From: Azolla caroliniana
Taxonomy: Eukaryota > Plantae > Polypodiophyta
DNA length: 64,000 nt
NCBI GenBank assembly: GCA_043228905.1
Contig: JBHGNT010000021.1
Span: 7,502,001 to 7,566,000, forward strand
Direction: 5' to 3'
Under the pieces are notes generated by a model. That model ran no database searches. It saw only the letters and a program-made list of their open reading frames with translations, and had not been told where the DNA came from. Both the position numbers and the translations under genes were made by a program. Every line of letters starts with the position of its first letter. Within the stretch, counting starts at the first letter, position 1. Shown here piece by piece: positions 1-11,711 of this stretch.

Positions 1-537
1 GAAGCCTCAATGCGATTACAACCGCGGCCGCGTGGGCCGGACTCAAGACATAAGTAGAATGTAAACCCTAATAGGATAAGTAAAGAAAGATATGGGGAAA
101 CCCTAAACCGAATAGATACTCTCGACCTAAGTAGTATACCTCTTCTTACTCAAAAATAGGCAACCCCTTCAATGGTGCCCCTTCCTCTCCTTTTATAGCA
201 TAAGGAGAGAAAGTCGTTACAAAAAAGAGACTAAATATCCCCTTCATTGAATGGGGGATATTTGCTTAGATTCTTGGAGGAGGGATTGATGGGCCTTAAC
301 TCCCACTCCTCACACGTACTGTTATGCCCCTTACTCACCTCGTACTCCTATGTACCCCTCTCTTTCTCATGTGGATGTGCACATAAGTGCACATCACATT
401 TACATTTTAGGAATCTTACAATTTACATTTGTTCTTATTAATATTTACGAATACATCATGTGCGTGTGCAACGTTGCACACCCCGGTTTTGCTCACTCCG
501 CTCGATTTTCCCCCTATGGACGAAAATCTTCACGACA
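1..537 (-). mobile_element. Gypsy-type LTR (related to family D), cut by the window edge
   Basis: On the - strand it starts at 537 with TGTCGTGAAGATTTTCGTCC, resembling the family D LTR start TGTCGTGGAGAAAACCGTCC at 50846. It has a GCTATAAAAGGAGAGG TATA-like motif like the D LTR (GCTATAAAAGTGAGGGAGAGG). Confidence 0.55.
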
Positions 538-688
538 CCGTTTCCGTGAAACCCTACATTCGTTGGAGCTAGAAGCCGATTCTGGACCGAAGCCCACAAA
601 GCTTAAGGACTCCACCATCCGTCTCCCTAGTCCAAGACCCCCGCGGTCCCGCCTAAGATCCTACACGTACTCGCGGAATACTGCGACA
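538..688 (+). mobile_element. 3' end of a family-D-like gypsy LTR
   Basis: CCAAGACCCCCGCGGTCCCGCC...CTACACGTACTCGCGGAATACTGCGACA resembles the end of the D LTR (CCAAGACCCCCGTGGTCCCACC...CTACACGCACGCGCGTAATAACGCGACA, 51458-51512). Confidence 0.6.
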
Positions 689-1252
689 ACATGTACATGG
701 CGCATCATTATGTGTACATGACGCGAGTAGCGGAAGTGCGTGAGATGGAGACCTACGCAGAAGCGGCGAAGGATGCAAATTGGCGTGCTGCAATGGAGGA
801 AGAGATGCACGCATTAACGGAAAATGAAACCTGGGAACTGGTTAACACCCCGAAGGGTGTAAAGCTGATTGGATGCATGTGGGTGTACAAGGTCAAGTAC
901 AACACCAACGGCTCTGTTAACCAATATAAGGCCCGGTTAGTGGCAAGGGCTACGCGCAGAAGCACAACATCGATTAATTTCTCTAGAACATTCTAGAAAC
1001 TTTAGGAGTACTCCTGACAACACTATAAAAAGAGGCACGCGGCATTATTTCGAACCAATTCGGTTCAACGCCAGTCTTAAGCCTCCTAGCTATTCTTGTA
1101 CTTACTCTTGATATAATATATCACTTGTTATCATCAATCTCTCTCTCTCTCTCGTGAGTCTTACACACTCCCTTCCTCTTAGTACTAATCCTCAATAGTA
1201 TTTTCCTTCTCTAGTACTAATTCTCTCTCTGTTTTTAGTACTATTCCTGATA
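689..1252 (+). mobile_element. Ty1/copia fragment (IN-RT linker and RT N-terminus) joined to a 3' LTR remnant
   Basis: ORF 691-996 has YMAHHY...WRAAMEEEMHALTENETWELV...WVYKVKYNTNGSVNQYKARLVA, the start of copia RT. LTR-like sequence follows, with TATAAAA near 1024, ending CCTGATA at 1252 where the family A protease resumes. Confidence 0.7.
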
Positions 1253-2444
1253 TTGAGAGCTTAGGTACATGTTGAACATTGTGTAGTATAATGTAGAGCC
1301 ACCTGGAAGGTTGAGCTCTATAGTGTCGATACCAATTATGGCGCAGTGTTGTGAATTTCCGACTCGGACTAAGTCAGAATGTCGGGCCGAGTATTGCCGA
1401 AACTAAGATTTGTGAGGAGTCACGTGGTAAGACACACCCGAATCTAGGAGCCAAGTGCTTGATTCCTTAGTTGTGCAGAACTTCTGACTCAACTGAGTTC
1501 TCGATAGACAATATATTCGGGTCATCTATCATGACTTCGGCTGATGAGCCGACAAAGTTGACCTCCTCTTGTCGGCCGCCCTTGTGATCGACTCTTTGAG
1601 CCTTATCATTTATGGCTTTGAGGGTGCAGCGATTGGCCTTGATGTGTCTGGGTTTCTTGCAATAGTTGCAGGTTCGATTATTCCAGGACTTGCTCCGGCT
1701 TTGCGCATTATTCGGCAGTCGGTAATAACTTCTTCCTCGATTGTTTGATTGGTTGGTTGAACCTTGTACTACGTAGGCATCACTGGCCAAATCGTTTGTA
1801 AACAATTTCCTCCGAGCTCGTGACTTCGGAGTATTTTACTGCAACATTCGACGCATTGCACACGATTATGACAAAAGTTTCCCAAGAAGTGGGGAGACTG
1901 CTCATTAGCAACATTGCTTTTAATTCTTCTTCGATTTTCATCCCCTGAGTCAAAATTTGGGAGCTTAGGCATCCGTATTCATTAAGGTGTGCTTGACCAA
2001 GTCGGATTCTTTCATACGAAGATTGTAGAGACACCGAGTGATCAAGTATTTAGAGTATTCGACGACCAGTACGAAGACTCCTTCTATCTTCCTCAAGGAA
2101 TTTTGGATAATCTTCACATCTAGAAATTCTTTCATGTTTTCAGTGTGTTCGGCAATCCCTTTAACAAAGCCAAATATATCTTTGTGGCATTGACCTTCTT
2201 TTCATAAGTGTCCAAGAGTGTCTTCCATTGTTGGAAGGCAGTTGAACATGATTGCATTGTGAAGTACACTGACTCCGAAAAGTGCATCCGAATGGTGGCA
2301 TGGACGATTCTGTCTAGCTTCGTCCACTCATTCAGCTTGTATCCTTCTATAGCATTTTCTATCTCAATTGGGTCGATCTAACCCTTGATTATTAGATAAT
2401 GATGCATCTGCTCCTTCCAAAAGTTGATGTTCGATCCATCGAAC

Positions 2445-3196
2445 TGACAGGAACTACACGCTCCCGATGAACAACGCTCGGCCACAACCGAGTCTAAGAT
2501 CAAACACAGAAAATGGATAATGAACGCACGACACAAAGGAGAGAAAGAGTACACAAGATGTTTAACGTGGAAAACCCTGAGAAGGAAAAACCACGGGAGT
2601 CCACAGACTCCAAACTATCACTATATCACAATGATTACAACAGTGAGCTCACGGAGGCAACGACCTCGTGCTCACGATCTTCACCACAAGCGGCGGTTAC
2701 AACAGAGGCAACGACCTCTTCCTCTCTCTCTCTCACTGTACACTATTGCGCGCTCTCTAGTCTTGCACCAACAAGAATGACAAAAACTCACTAAAAAAGT
2801 TTGCCCTAAGTCATATTTATACTAATATGACTTTTCGGCTATTTACAAATATAGCCACGATGGACTCTCAAAAACATATTTACGAATATGTCTCTTCATC
2901 CGGTGAGCACTCCTCACCGGGCCTGCCTCATCCGGCGCTTGGCGGGTACTCCTCATCCGGTTCTCACCAGGTCTGCACCATCTGGCTCTCCGTAGCCGGG
3001 TACTCCTCATCCGGTTCTCACCAGGTCTGCACCATCCGGCTCTCCTTAGCCGGGTACTCCTCATCCGGTTCTCACCGGGTCTGCACCATCCGGCTCTCCG
3101 TAGCCGGGTACTCCTCATCTGGTTTCGGCCTCGACCGAGTTTGCTCATCAGTACTGTTCTTCTCACTTCCCATCCGGAGGGACCTATTTCCTAACA
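2445..3196 (-). mobile_element. Solo LTR (752 bp) inserted in A1 gag
   Basis: Termini TGACAGGAA...TTCCTAACA form an imperfect inverted repeat. Perfect 5-bp TSD CGAAC at 2440-2444 and 3197-3201. Removing it restores gag ...LRKF-DGSN.... TATA on the - strand near 2812-2821. Confidence 0.85.
2944..3124. repeat. 54-bp minisatellite, ~3.3 copies, inside the solo LTR
   Basis: Unit GGGTACTCCTCATCCGGTTCTCACCAGGTCTGCACCATC(C/T)GGCTCTCC(G/T)TAGCC starts at 2944, 2998, 3052 and 3106. Confidence 0.95.
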
Positions 3197-3512
3197 CGAA
3201 CTTCCTTAGACTCATCTCTAATGAGCCAGATGTTGATGTCATCTGTGTCGGCTGGTAAGCTATGTTCTGAGTTGGCTACAAACGGTGGGAGAGTGCAGCT
3301 TGTTGGCTCACCCGAATTTATTCTAGCCGAATTTAAACACGAGCTAAGTCAGATTCGATTGTCAACGAGTTTGGTTCGGAGTGAACACAATCGATCAGCC
3401 TAGTTTAATGGGACCCAAATTAGCCAATTGATTAGTTGATCGGAGTTGGGAGGGCAGTTGGTTATTAAACTTGCTCAAAATAGCTATGGTGAATGGAGGG
3501 ATAAAGCCGACT

Positions 3513-3829
3513 GGTCTTCCCGAATATCACCTAGCCAAATTGAGCACGGTTAATTGCCAATCCTATTCTGACTACCGATTTTAACATGTCGATCACATAT
3601 TATGTGCCATTTTCCAGGCTGATCCTACTTCTGATGACTACAAGAACGAGAGGGACAAATCCAATTGGTCTTCCCGAATATCACATAGCCAGATTGAGCA
3701 CAGTTAATTGCCAATCCTATTCTGACTATCGATTTTAACATGTCGATCACAGTCATTTTCCAGACTGATCCTACTTCGGATGACTACAACAACGAGAGGG
3801 ACAAATCCAATTGGTCTTCCCGAATATCA
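3513..3829. repeat. Tandem duplication (154/146-bp units) in the A1 5' leader
   Basis: GGTCTTCCCGAATATCA recurs at 3513, 3667 and 3813 with homologous sequence between the copies. Confidence 0.9.
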
Positions 3830-4056
3830 TCTAACTGAATGAACATGGATGGGGTTGTTCTTGGGGCAAACTTTGCTTCAAGTGGTTACGCATAGCGAGT
3901 GAACAACGTCGGAGGTGATCTACCTTAGTGAAGTGCAGACCAACTAGTGTCTTTCTTCTCTTCTCTTGATGGTTGCCAAACTTAGGGTCTTCAAGATGAC
4001 AGGGGCAAGGATGTTGTTGAAGATAGTTGATGGCCAACAATGAGTTGACGAACCTA

Positions 4057-4068
4057 GCTCTGATACCA
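4057..4068 (-). promoter_or_regulatory. Primer-binding site (tRNA-iMet) of A1
   Basis: GCTCTGATACCA is the reverse complement of TGGTATCAGAGC and lies 2 nt from the LTR end at 4071. Confidence 0.9.
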
Positions 4069-4165
4069 AATGTTGGAGTCTGAGACCATTAGTGCGGAAA
4101 CATAAACAACATCTATGCTAAGAAGATCGCCAAGTTAACAAGTTAAACAAGATCAAGAAGACAGA

Positions 4166-6074
4166 GATAGATAGATAGATGGATGGATGGATGGATGGAT
4201 AGATGGATAGATGGATTATATTATCGTCTTCGGAGGTCAAATATGACCTATGGGACCAACAAATATTACATTTCACGTGATACGTGTGAAAGTGCGTAGT
4301 GACTCTCGATGTTCAAGAACTTTACCAATGAATGTTGCAATTGAGAGTGCACATTGTGGTTGTGAGAGGAATTCATGCAAAGATTGGGCTTGGTCAAAGA
4401 GATGTGGAAAGCATGGTCGAATATGATCAAAGGCAGAGCATTGTATCAAAGTGTGATACTTAGACTCGCGAACTTGTTTAGGGCAAAGTGTGCATAGCCG
4501 ACCACTCTCATCACTTGTGCCCCAACGCCCTATTTCACATCGCAATGCATGTGAGCTAAGTTGCATGGAATCAATGGTTCGAATGGCAGATAACGGTATG
4601 GGCTCTAACATGTATCGATATGTACGATTTCCCCGTTCCGCAAAGAATATAGTTTTATAGTTAGGTGCAACATGTGTAGTATAATGTGTGAAGCGTGAGC
4701 CTCCACATTTGTCCCATGTCATGATACATTGGTGTTGCAAGAAGGCCTCATTTATAGAGGAATCTAATGATGCATCATGAATCAAGTGTCTCGTATCCCA
4801 TCTACCAAACCATTTTTCTATATCTTGCATCCAACCGGAACACAAAATTTTGCTTTTATGCGTCTTTTGGATCTTTTTCCTTGCTTCCCCTGCAATTCTA
4901 GGAAGTCGATGTGAGGGACTTTTTTGAACCTTAAGCATGTATTCAACAACCCTTTCCATGGCCATGATCTCAATGGGAAGCATCCCGTCTCAAGGAGGAG
5001 GGTGTAGGGCGTCTGTTTCTTAACTTGTAGAAACTTTGTAAGAAAATGTTTTTGGACATTTTCAAACTCTTTCCACATAGATTTAGGGATGCTACCGCCC
5101 CATACTTCCACCCCATAGAGAAGAACCGGTGTCACCAATGTGTCAAAAAGATATTTCTTGAGGACCCAACACTTAATATCTCCAAGATTGCATGTGTTCT
5201 CAAATGCATAGTATGCTCGCTTACCCGCCTCTAAGCGGCGTGTAGCACATTCATTCCATCTATGATTTGAAGGAACTTCAAGGCCAAGATATTTGAAGCT
5301 TTCCACACATTCAAGTGGCTCATTGTTGTACATAATGCATGGTTTATCTCTTTTTTGGCTCTTCACAAGCATAATCTTTGTTTTAGAGCTATTGACACTT
5401 AATTTAGTATGCATGCAATAAAATTCCAATGCCTTCATAAGCTTTTGTGCATCTCCTAAAGTATTTGCAAAAAGCACTACATCATCTGCATATAGCAAAA
5501 GCATAATCACAACATTCCCAATGGCAACTTCTTCAACACATTCTTCCTTTGCAAACTTGGTAACCATTTCTTCCAATTCATCAATGCATAGACCAAATAG
5601 TGTTGGTGAGAGTGGGCATCCTTGCTTAACACCAATAGTGCTTTTGAAAAAATCTGAAAGTTTATCTCTCATGCGCACACAACATATAACCTTCTCATAA
5701 ATTCGAGAAATTGCAAGCATATGTTCACTTGGCACCTCAAGTTCTTCCATTCACCTCCAAAGATGCTCACGAGGTACCATATCAAAAGCTTTCTTGAAGT
5801 CTACAAAGCAACAATATAAACCTTTACCTCTAAGGCAACTTTCCTCCATTAATACTTGACGGGTGATAAGGTGATCAATGGTGCTATGGTGTTTCTGAAA
5901 GCCAGCTTGTCCATAAGCTCTCTTACCATTTTTTTCAGCCCATACACTTATCTTTGATTTCATTATACATCCAAATAGTTTTGCCATTAATGAGCCAACC
6001 ATGATGGTTCAATAGTTGTTTACATTATTTATATCTCCACCTTTATGTAAAGGTTTGATCCAATTTGTAGTCCA
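4166..6074 (-). mobile_element. 5'-truncated non-LTR retrotransposon (LINE, RTEX/RTE-X-like) with an (ATCC/ATCT)n tail
   Basis: RT motifs QAGF, FVDFKKAFDMV, GVKQGCPLSPTLF, LLYADD and FKYLG occur across ORFs 5751-6002 and 4818-5750. The C-terminal SSHALRCEIGRW...CTLC...HTLIQC zinc-finger region is in 4273-4983. Stops and a frameshift are present. Short 3' UTR, then tetranucleotide tail 4166-4216. Inserted inside the A1 LTR. Confidence 0.9.
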
Positions 6075-6291
6075 CACACACACAATGTAACAGTCTTATT
6101 CTGAAAGTTACAATACAAGAATGACACTATCAACAACATTAACAACCACCCCCAACTAGGTTACAAGAGTAAGTTTAAATACCAATTGACTTAGGGCAAC
6201 TGCCCTTTCCACTATTTACATAAATAGCCAAAACCCCTAGTATGTCCAAATAGGACAATGTGAATACGTCAATTATTTCCCGTATTTGGCA

Positions 6292-7727
6292 GTTGAGACT
6301 AAGCAGATGAAGAAGATACCCTACGCATCGGTCATAGGAAGTCTCATGTACGTGATGGTGGCCAACCAACTCAACCTTGCCTATGTCTTAGGATCCACCA
6401 ACCGATACATGTCTAATCCCAGACAGAACCATTGGGAAGTTGTGAAGCATATATTCTAGTACCTACGCGGCACTGAGAATCTACATTTGACCTTCGGATT
6501 GGACCATCCGACCGAGTTGAAGGCTTCACCAATTCCAATTATGTTGGCAACCCCGACAATCGAAAATTGACATCAAGATATGTCTTTACCTATGGAGGCG
6601 GAGCAATTTCATGGAGGTCAAAACTCCAAGAATGTATGGCACTCTCCACAACAGAGGCCGAATACATCGCCACATCGGAGGCAACAAAAGAAGCAATCTG
6701 GCTACAACGACTGTCGGTTGACTTTTTGGCCAAGAGACAAATCGACCATCCAGTGCTGACTCTGTATTCTGACTCACAGAGCGCAATTCACCTAACACGG
6801 AATCTAGTATCCCATGCAAAGACAAAACATATTGAGGTGAAATATCATCACATCCGGAAGCTCATCACCGACAAAAAGCTCAAAGTCCGAAAAGTTGATA
6901 CAGAGGTGAACATCATTGAGAGCCTGATGAAGCCACTCCCAGATCACCGCGTCGGTGCACGAAGGAGACAAATGGGACTACAGCAAGTTGAGGAGCACAA
7001 AGGAACCGAATCCAAGGAAGCAACAAGAGAGTCAAAATCGGAAGAGTTGATCGAAATGGCAAAGTTAGAAATGTCGAATGGTCAAATGACTGAAAAGGCC
7101 ACTGAGTCCAAAAGAGCCAAAAGACTGGAAGTTGATCAAAGGGCAAATGGAGCAAAAAGCCGACCACCAATCCAAGAGAAGGAACAATGACCAGTAGACA
7201 AGAGATGCCAATGGCAGAAGGACTGAAAGCCGATCCGACAATCAACGGATTCGGCAACTAGCCAACTATACCACTGTCGATCCGGTAACTAGCCGACTGG
7301 CTCGTATATACTATAATCACAATTTAAATTCAAACTATAATTTAAGCTTATAGGGGAGATAACCCCTAATTCTTTGTAATAGTTAGAGTATTCCTTTTAC
7401 ATGGTAGTTTGTTGGGCTAAAAGTCCCACTCCACCTATTGTACTCCTAGTGTGAACCCGTCCTCTAAGTTAGGGCTCAGTTTCCCTAACTATAAATATGA
7501 GGAACTATATTCTTGTAATAGAGTTAGAAGGGATTTGGAATACAACCGTCATCTTTGCATAACTGTGTAACTGTTCTCTCACTCTTTCTCCTTTCTCTAT
7601 TTGTGTATACCTTCTTGATACAAGAATAGTGCATCAATACATTCTTCCACTCATATCTTGCTTTGCTAATTATATACACAAGATCGATACAAGCTTCCGC
7701 ACCAGTTGACTCACTTCATACACAACA
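6292..7727 (+). mobile_element. 3' part of a Ty1/copia element (RT end, RNase H, 3' LTR); host of A1
   Basis: IPYASVIGSLMY near 6320-6355. RNase H ORF 6567-7190 (ISWRSKLQ, ALSTTEAEY, DSQSAIHL, HAKTKHIEVKYHHIR). Purine tract TAGGGGAGA near 7351. LTR with TATAAATA near 7490, ending CACAACA at 7727. Confidence 0.8.
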
Positions 7728-7879
7728 GCCAACCAAGACACCTTGAGTGTCAACAGCAAATGATGTGTCCAATGAGGGTAACTAGGCCTCATATTTAAAG
7801 CCAGACTTGAGGCCACCAAGCAAGTTCACACTTGGCTCTTATGGGTTGTATCAATTCCTAGGATTAAAAGTAATCCTCC

Positions 7880-8316
7880 TATTAAGAATTAGGTAAGTAA
7901 TTAAGCAAAGGTTAATTAGTACCTAATTATGTGATTAATTGAGTGGAAGATTATGTGATATGTGTGTGTATGTGTGTGAGAGGGGGAGAGAGAGAGAGAC
8001 TTATGAATAACACAAGATGGGGGATGAGTAAACTAGAGTGTATATTATAAAACATCATCAAATACAAAAATACCCACAATGAGGTATATATACATCTCAT
8101 GTGCAAAGGTGCACATGTGTGAGTAGAATATAGGTACAATCGTGTAAGTCCTATATTAAATGACCTTGAGAGTGGAGGATCTAGAATATCCTACTTAAGT
8201 ACAAGGTCCTATTTAAGTCGTTATAGTCAACACTTCTAACTAGATTCTATCTAGGTAACTACGAAGTTACATGGTTTACTAACTAACTAAACTAAGTTGA
8301 GCTTGATCTCTCAACA
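7880..8316 (-). repeat. 3' LTR of B1
   Basis: Direct repeat of 11271-11711 with roughly 16 substitutions plus microsatellite length differences, counted by eye. Confidence 0.95.
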
Positions 8317-11270
8317 CACCCCCTCAAGCTCAAGTGTGAGGCGTCCGACATCCGCTTTGGCTTTCGTTGGCTTCGTGTGCTTCCGTCTGGCCTTCGGCTT
8401 TCTTCGTTGTGACAATCTCGGTTCCTCCCCCTCAAGCCGGTGACGAAGGCTTGTAGTGTGTGGGCGAAGGTCGACTACTTCCACCCATCGTGGGTTACGA
8501 GATGCTTCGGTGGAGCTCTTGGGCTCTTGTTCAGCCGCTACCTTCATCGCGAAGGCGTAATGATGGGCCATGTATTCATTGTAGCCGTGTCGAGTGACGG
8601 GGTTTTTAGCTCTAGATGAGCGTCGAAGTTTTTCGCTCGCCGATATGAGCGCCTTCTTTGCTCCGGGTGTCTGCATGATGGGTACACCGAACTCACTGTC
8701 TAGTGAGGGAGCCGACTCATCTGAATCACTGTCATCGAGGTGATCGACTTTGTATTCGGGCATCTTACCTTTGCCTTTGTCCAAGTTCATACTTGGCCAC
8801 GACGTGCTTGGGTCACGTGGGGGCTCTTGTGGCCCACTAAGCATTGCCATAATCGGTCTTTCTTTGAACATGTGTTCGAAGTGATCTCCATCTTCTACCT
8901 CTTGTTCGGCGGATTCTGGGTCAAGCGGAGTCGGAATCGAAGTTGTCTCTAGTGCGTACCAGGATGCGGACTCGTCAAAGACTACGTGTCGACTTACCCG
9001 AACCGCTCGAGTAGAAGGGTTGTAGCACTTGTATGCCTTCTTCTCAGACAAGTATCCTATGAGGATACATTCCTCCGACTTTGCGTCGGGCTTCTGTCGT
9101 TGTTCGTTCGGCATGCGTACATTCGCAATGCTTCCGAACACCTTGAGGTGCGACACGATCGGCTTCCTTCCGACGAGGAGCTCGTATGGAGTTAGCTCAT
9201 GGACTCCAATAGTGGTGCACCGGTTCATGAGATAGACGGCCGCAGATGCCGCTTCGGCCCAATAGAAATTCGGCATGTGCTTCTCATGCATCATGGTGCA
9301 TGCTACCTCGAGTATTTGCCGATTTTTCCTTTCGGCGACTCCATTTTGTTGGGGTGTGTGTTGGCACAAGAATTCTCTCTAAATGCCTTCACTTTGGAGG
9401 TAGGAGGTGAATTCGTCAGAGAAGTACTCCTTTCCTCCATTCAATCGTAGGCATCAAATGTGCCGACTGGTTACTTTTTCGACTTGCCCCTTGAGCTTTT
9501 GGAAATGGGAGAACACTTCGCTCTTCTTCTTCATCGAGTAGATCCACGCATAGCGTGAGTAGTCGTCGATGAAGGTTATGTAGTATCGGCATCCACCAAT
9601 CGTCGGCATTTGAGCCGGTCCCCATACATCCGAGTGTATGACATCGAGGAGGCCTTTGCTCGCGTGGCTCTCCTTCGGGAATGGGATTCGATGTTGTTTG
9701 CCGAGTTGACACGCTTCGCATACTCGGTCGACTCGTTTCAACTCAAATGTCGGAAGTCCGATGACAACTCCCTTTGTTTGCATAGCTCGAAGCCGTTGGA
9801 GGTTTATGTGGCCGATTCTCTTGTGCCACAACTCGATGCTTGTCTCAGTTTTGAGACCTTTGGCGTACATTGCCGATTTCACCTCGTTCGAATCAAGGAT
9901 GAACATTCGGCCGTCTCTCCGCCCCTTAACTATGAGTCGGCCATCTTTCTCAATGAAACAACCTTCATTGTTGAAGCGGACTTGCATGCCTTGCTCCACG
10001 ATTTGGCCGGCGTTCGTAAATCACGAAACCACTCTTTGTGAGATGTCATGTGATGTGAGGCGCTGGAATCGACGAACCACGCGTCTTCCAAGTTGGAGGT
10101 GCTTGCGGAGTTGGAGTCCGTCATAGAGTTCGCTCTATGCCTCATTACAAACATTCCGTCACGGTCACCATAGTCGGAATTTGGGGTGTAATTTGTAAAC
10201 ATTTCACTACGGTTGTTGTGGTCGGAGTTCGATGCGTAGTTTGTGAGGTGTCGACTTGTTGAAGCCGACTCACTTCTCTTTTTCCGACAGTCCGCCTCGT
10301 AGTGGCCGATTTTGCCGCAATAATTGCAAGTTGCGGGCCTCATTTGCCAAACATGTTCGGCGTGGAAGCTCCCCCTTCTTCCGAAGGTTCCTCAATGGCT
10401 TCCATGAAGGTTTGAGTTCCCTTCGGGTGATGGGTCGAATTGACATCTTCTACCGCCATGACCTCCTCCTCGGCCACCGTCCGAATTCGAGAAGAACATT
10501 TGTCCTTCCGATGTCTTGCTTTTGGTTCGGACATGGTTTTCTTCGACCAATAGCAATGATTGGAGGTCGAAGAATGAATGAGGGTTTTCTCTCACCAAGA
10601 TTGCCGTCCGTAATGGATCGAATCGTTGTGCGAGGCCGCCCAAGTATACTTGAACCATCTCGTCTTCATCGACGTTTATTTTGATGAAGCCAAGCGAGTC
10701 GCAAATGCTCTTGATCTTGGCGGTATAGTCCGACACGGACATGTCTTTTTGCCAAATGTTGTTCAACTCTTGTCGGAGTTGAAGCTTTCGGGCGGTCGTG
10801 TTGGCGGCGAACATTTTCTTTAAGTTCGCCCACGCTTCTTTAAGCGTCTTAACGTCTCGAATATGGCTAAGCATGTGGTCGTGGACACATGTTGCCAAGC
10901 AATACATGACTCGACTAGCCGCTTGCTCCCATGTTGCGTAGTCAGCGTTCTTTGAGCCGGGTGGTCAATTTTCTTGAGCGTCGTTGATGTAGCTCCAATA
11001 CCCTTGGTCGACGAGGTATTGGGTCATCTTGTACTCCCAAGATGAATAATTGCTCCGGTCTAGCTTTTCACTAGGGAGCGAGCTACCCATTTGTGTGTTC
11101 ATGTTGATTGTGTCTTCTCTTCTTTTGCTTTTCTTCCTTCGATCACCTACACATGCTACGTAGCGGCACTATGGTAGCCGATAGCCGGATTTTGTCGTTG
11201 GCGTCTCGAACACACAATCACGGAGTCGGGTGGGCTTAGTGGATTTTCTAAACCAAACGCTCTGATACCA

Positions 11271-11711
11271 TGTTAAGAATTAGGTAAGTAATTAAGCAAA
11301 GGTTAATTATTACCTAATTATGTGATTAATTGAGTGGATGATTATGTGATATGTGTGTGTATGTGTGTGAGAGGAAGAGAGAGAGAGAGAGAGACTTATG
11401 AATAACACAAGATGGGGGATGAGTAAACTAGAGTGTATATTATAAAACATCATCAAATACAAAAATACCCACAATGAGGTATATATACATCTCATGTGCA
11501 AAGGTGCACATGTGTGAGTAGAATATAGGTACAACCGTGTAAGTCCTATATTAAATGACCTTAAGAGTGGAGGATCTAGAATATCCTACTTACGTACAAG
11601 GTCCTATTTAAGTCGTTATAGTCAACACTTCATACTAGATTCTATCTAGGTAACTACGAAGTTACATGGTTGAGTAACTAACTAAACTAAGTTGCCCTTG
11701 ATCTCTCAATA
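11271..11711 (-). repeat. 5' LTR of B1
   Basis: Direct repeat of 7880-8316, adjacent to PBS GCTCTGATACCA at 11259-11270. Confidence 0.95.

Larger units (their letters stand above)
1253..6291 (-). mobile_element. Ty1/copia element A1 (Tnt1/Tork-like): 5' LTR, PBS, leader, gag and protease; decayed and interrupted
   Basis: The 5' LTR runs 6291->4071 (TG...CA), is split by a LINE and is homologous to the LTR at 53424. PBS is at 4057-4068. Gag starts MTSTSGS at ~3243 and continues FDGSNINFWKEQM at ~2443, with SSLPTSWETFV, zinc knuckle CNYCKKPRH and protease WLLDSGVSYHV near 1420-1455. Colinear with copy A2 (53424-62393). Confidence 0.85.
7880..11711 (-). mobile_element. Ty1/copia element B1 (Ale-like), non-autonomous: LTR-gag-PR-IN-LTR with no RT/RNase H
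   Basis: LTRs at 7880-8316 and 11271-11711. TSD CCTCC at 7875-7879 and 11712-11716. PBS-Met 11259-11270. PPT AGCTTGAGGGGG next to the 3' LTR. Gag with CNYCGKIGHYEADC, PR WFVDSSASHHM, IN (WHKRIGH...CEAC, HSDVWG, FIDDYSR, QNGVAERKNR). The polyprotein stops at the RT entry (NPRWVE). Confidence 0.92.

Noticed and set aside
2944-3124. CRISPR-like regular repeats
   Set aside because: Units are contiguous with no unique spacers, there are no cas genes, and the array lies inside a plant solo LTR.
6985-7190. env-like or extra domain after RNase H
   Set aside because: Only ~70 charged low-complexity residues with no transmembrane segment; probably read-through into the 3' UTR.
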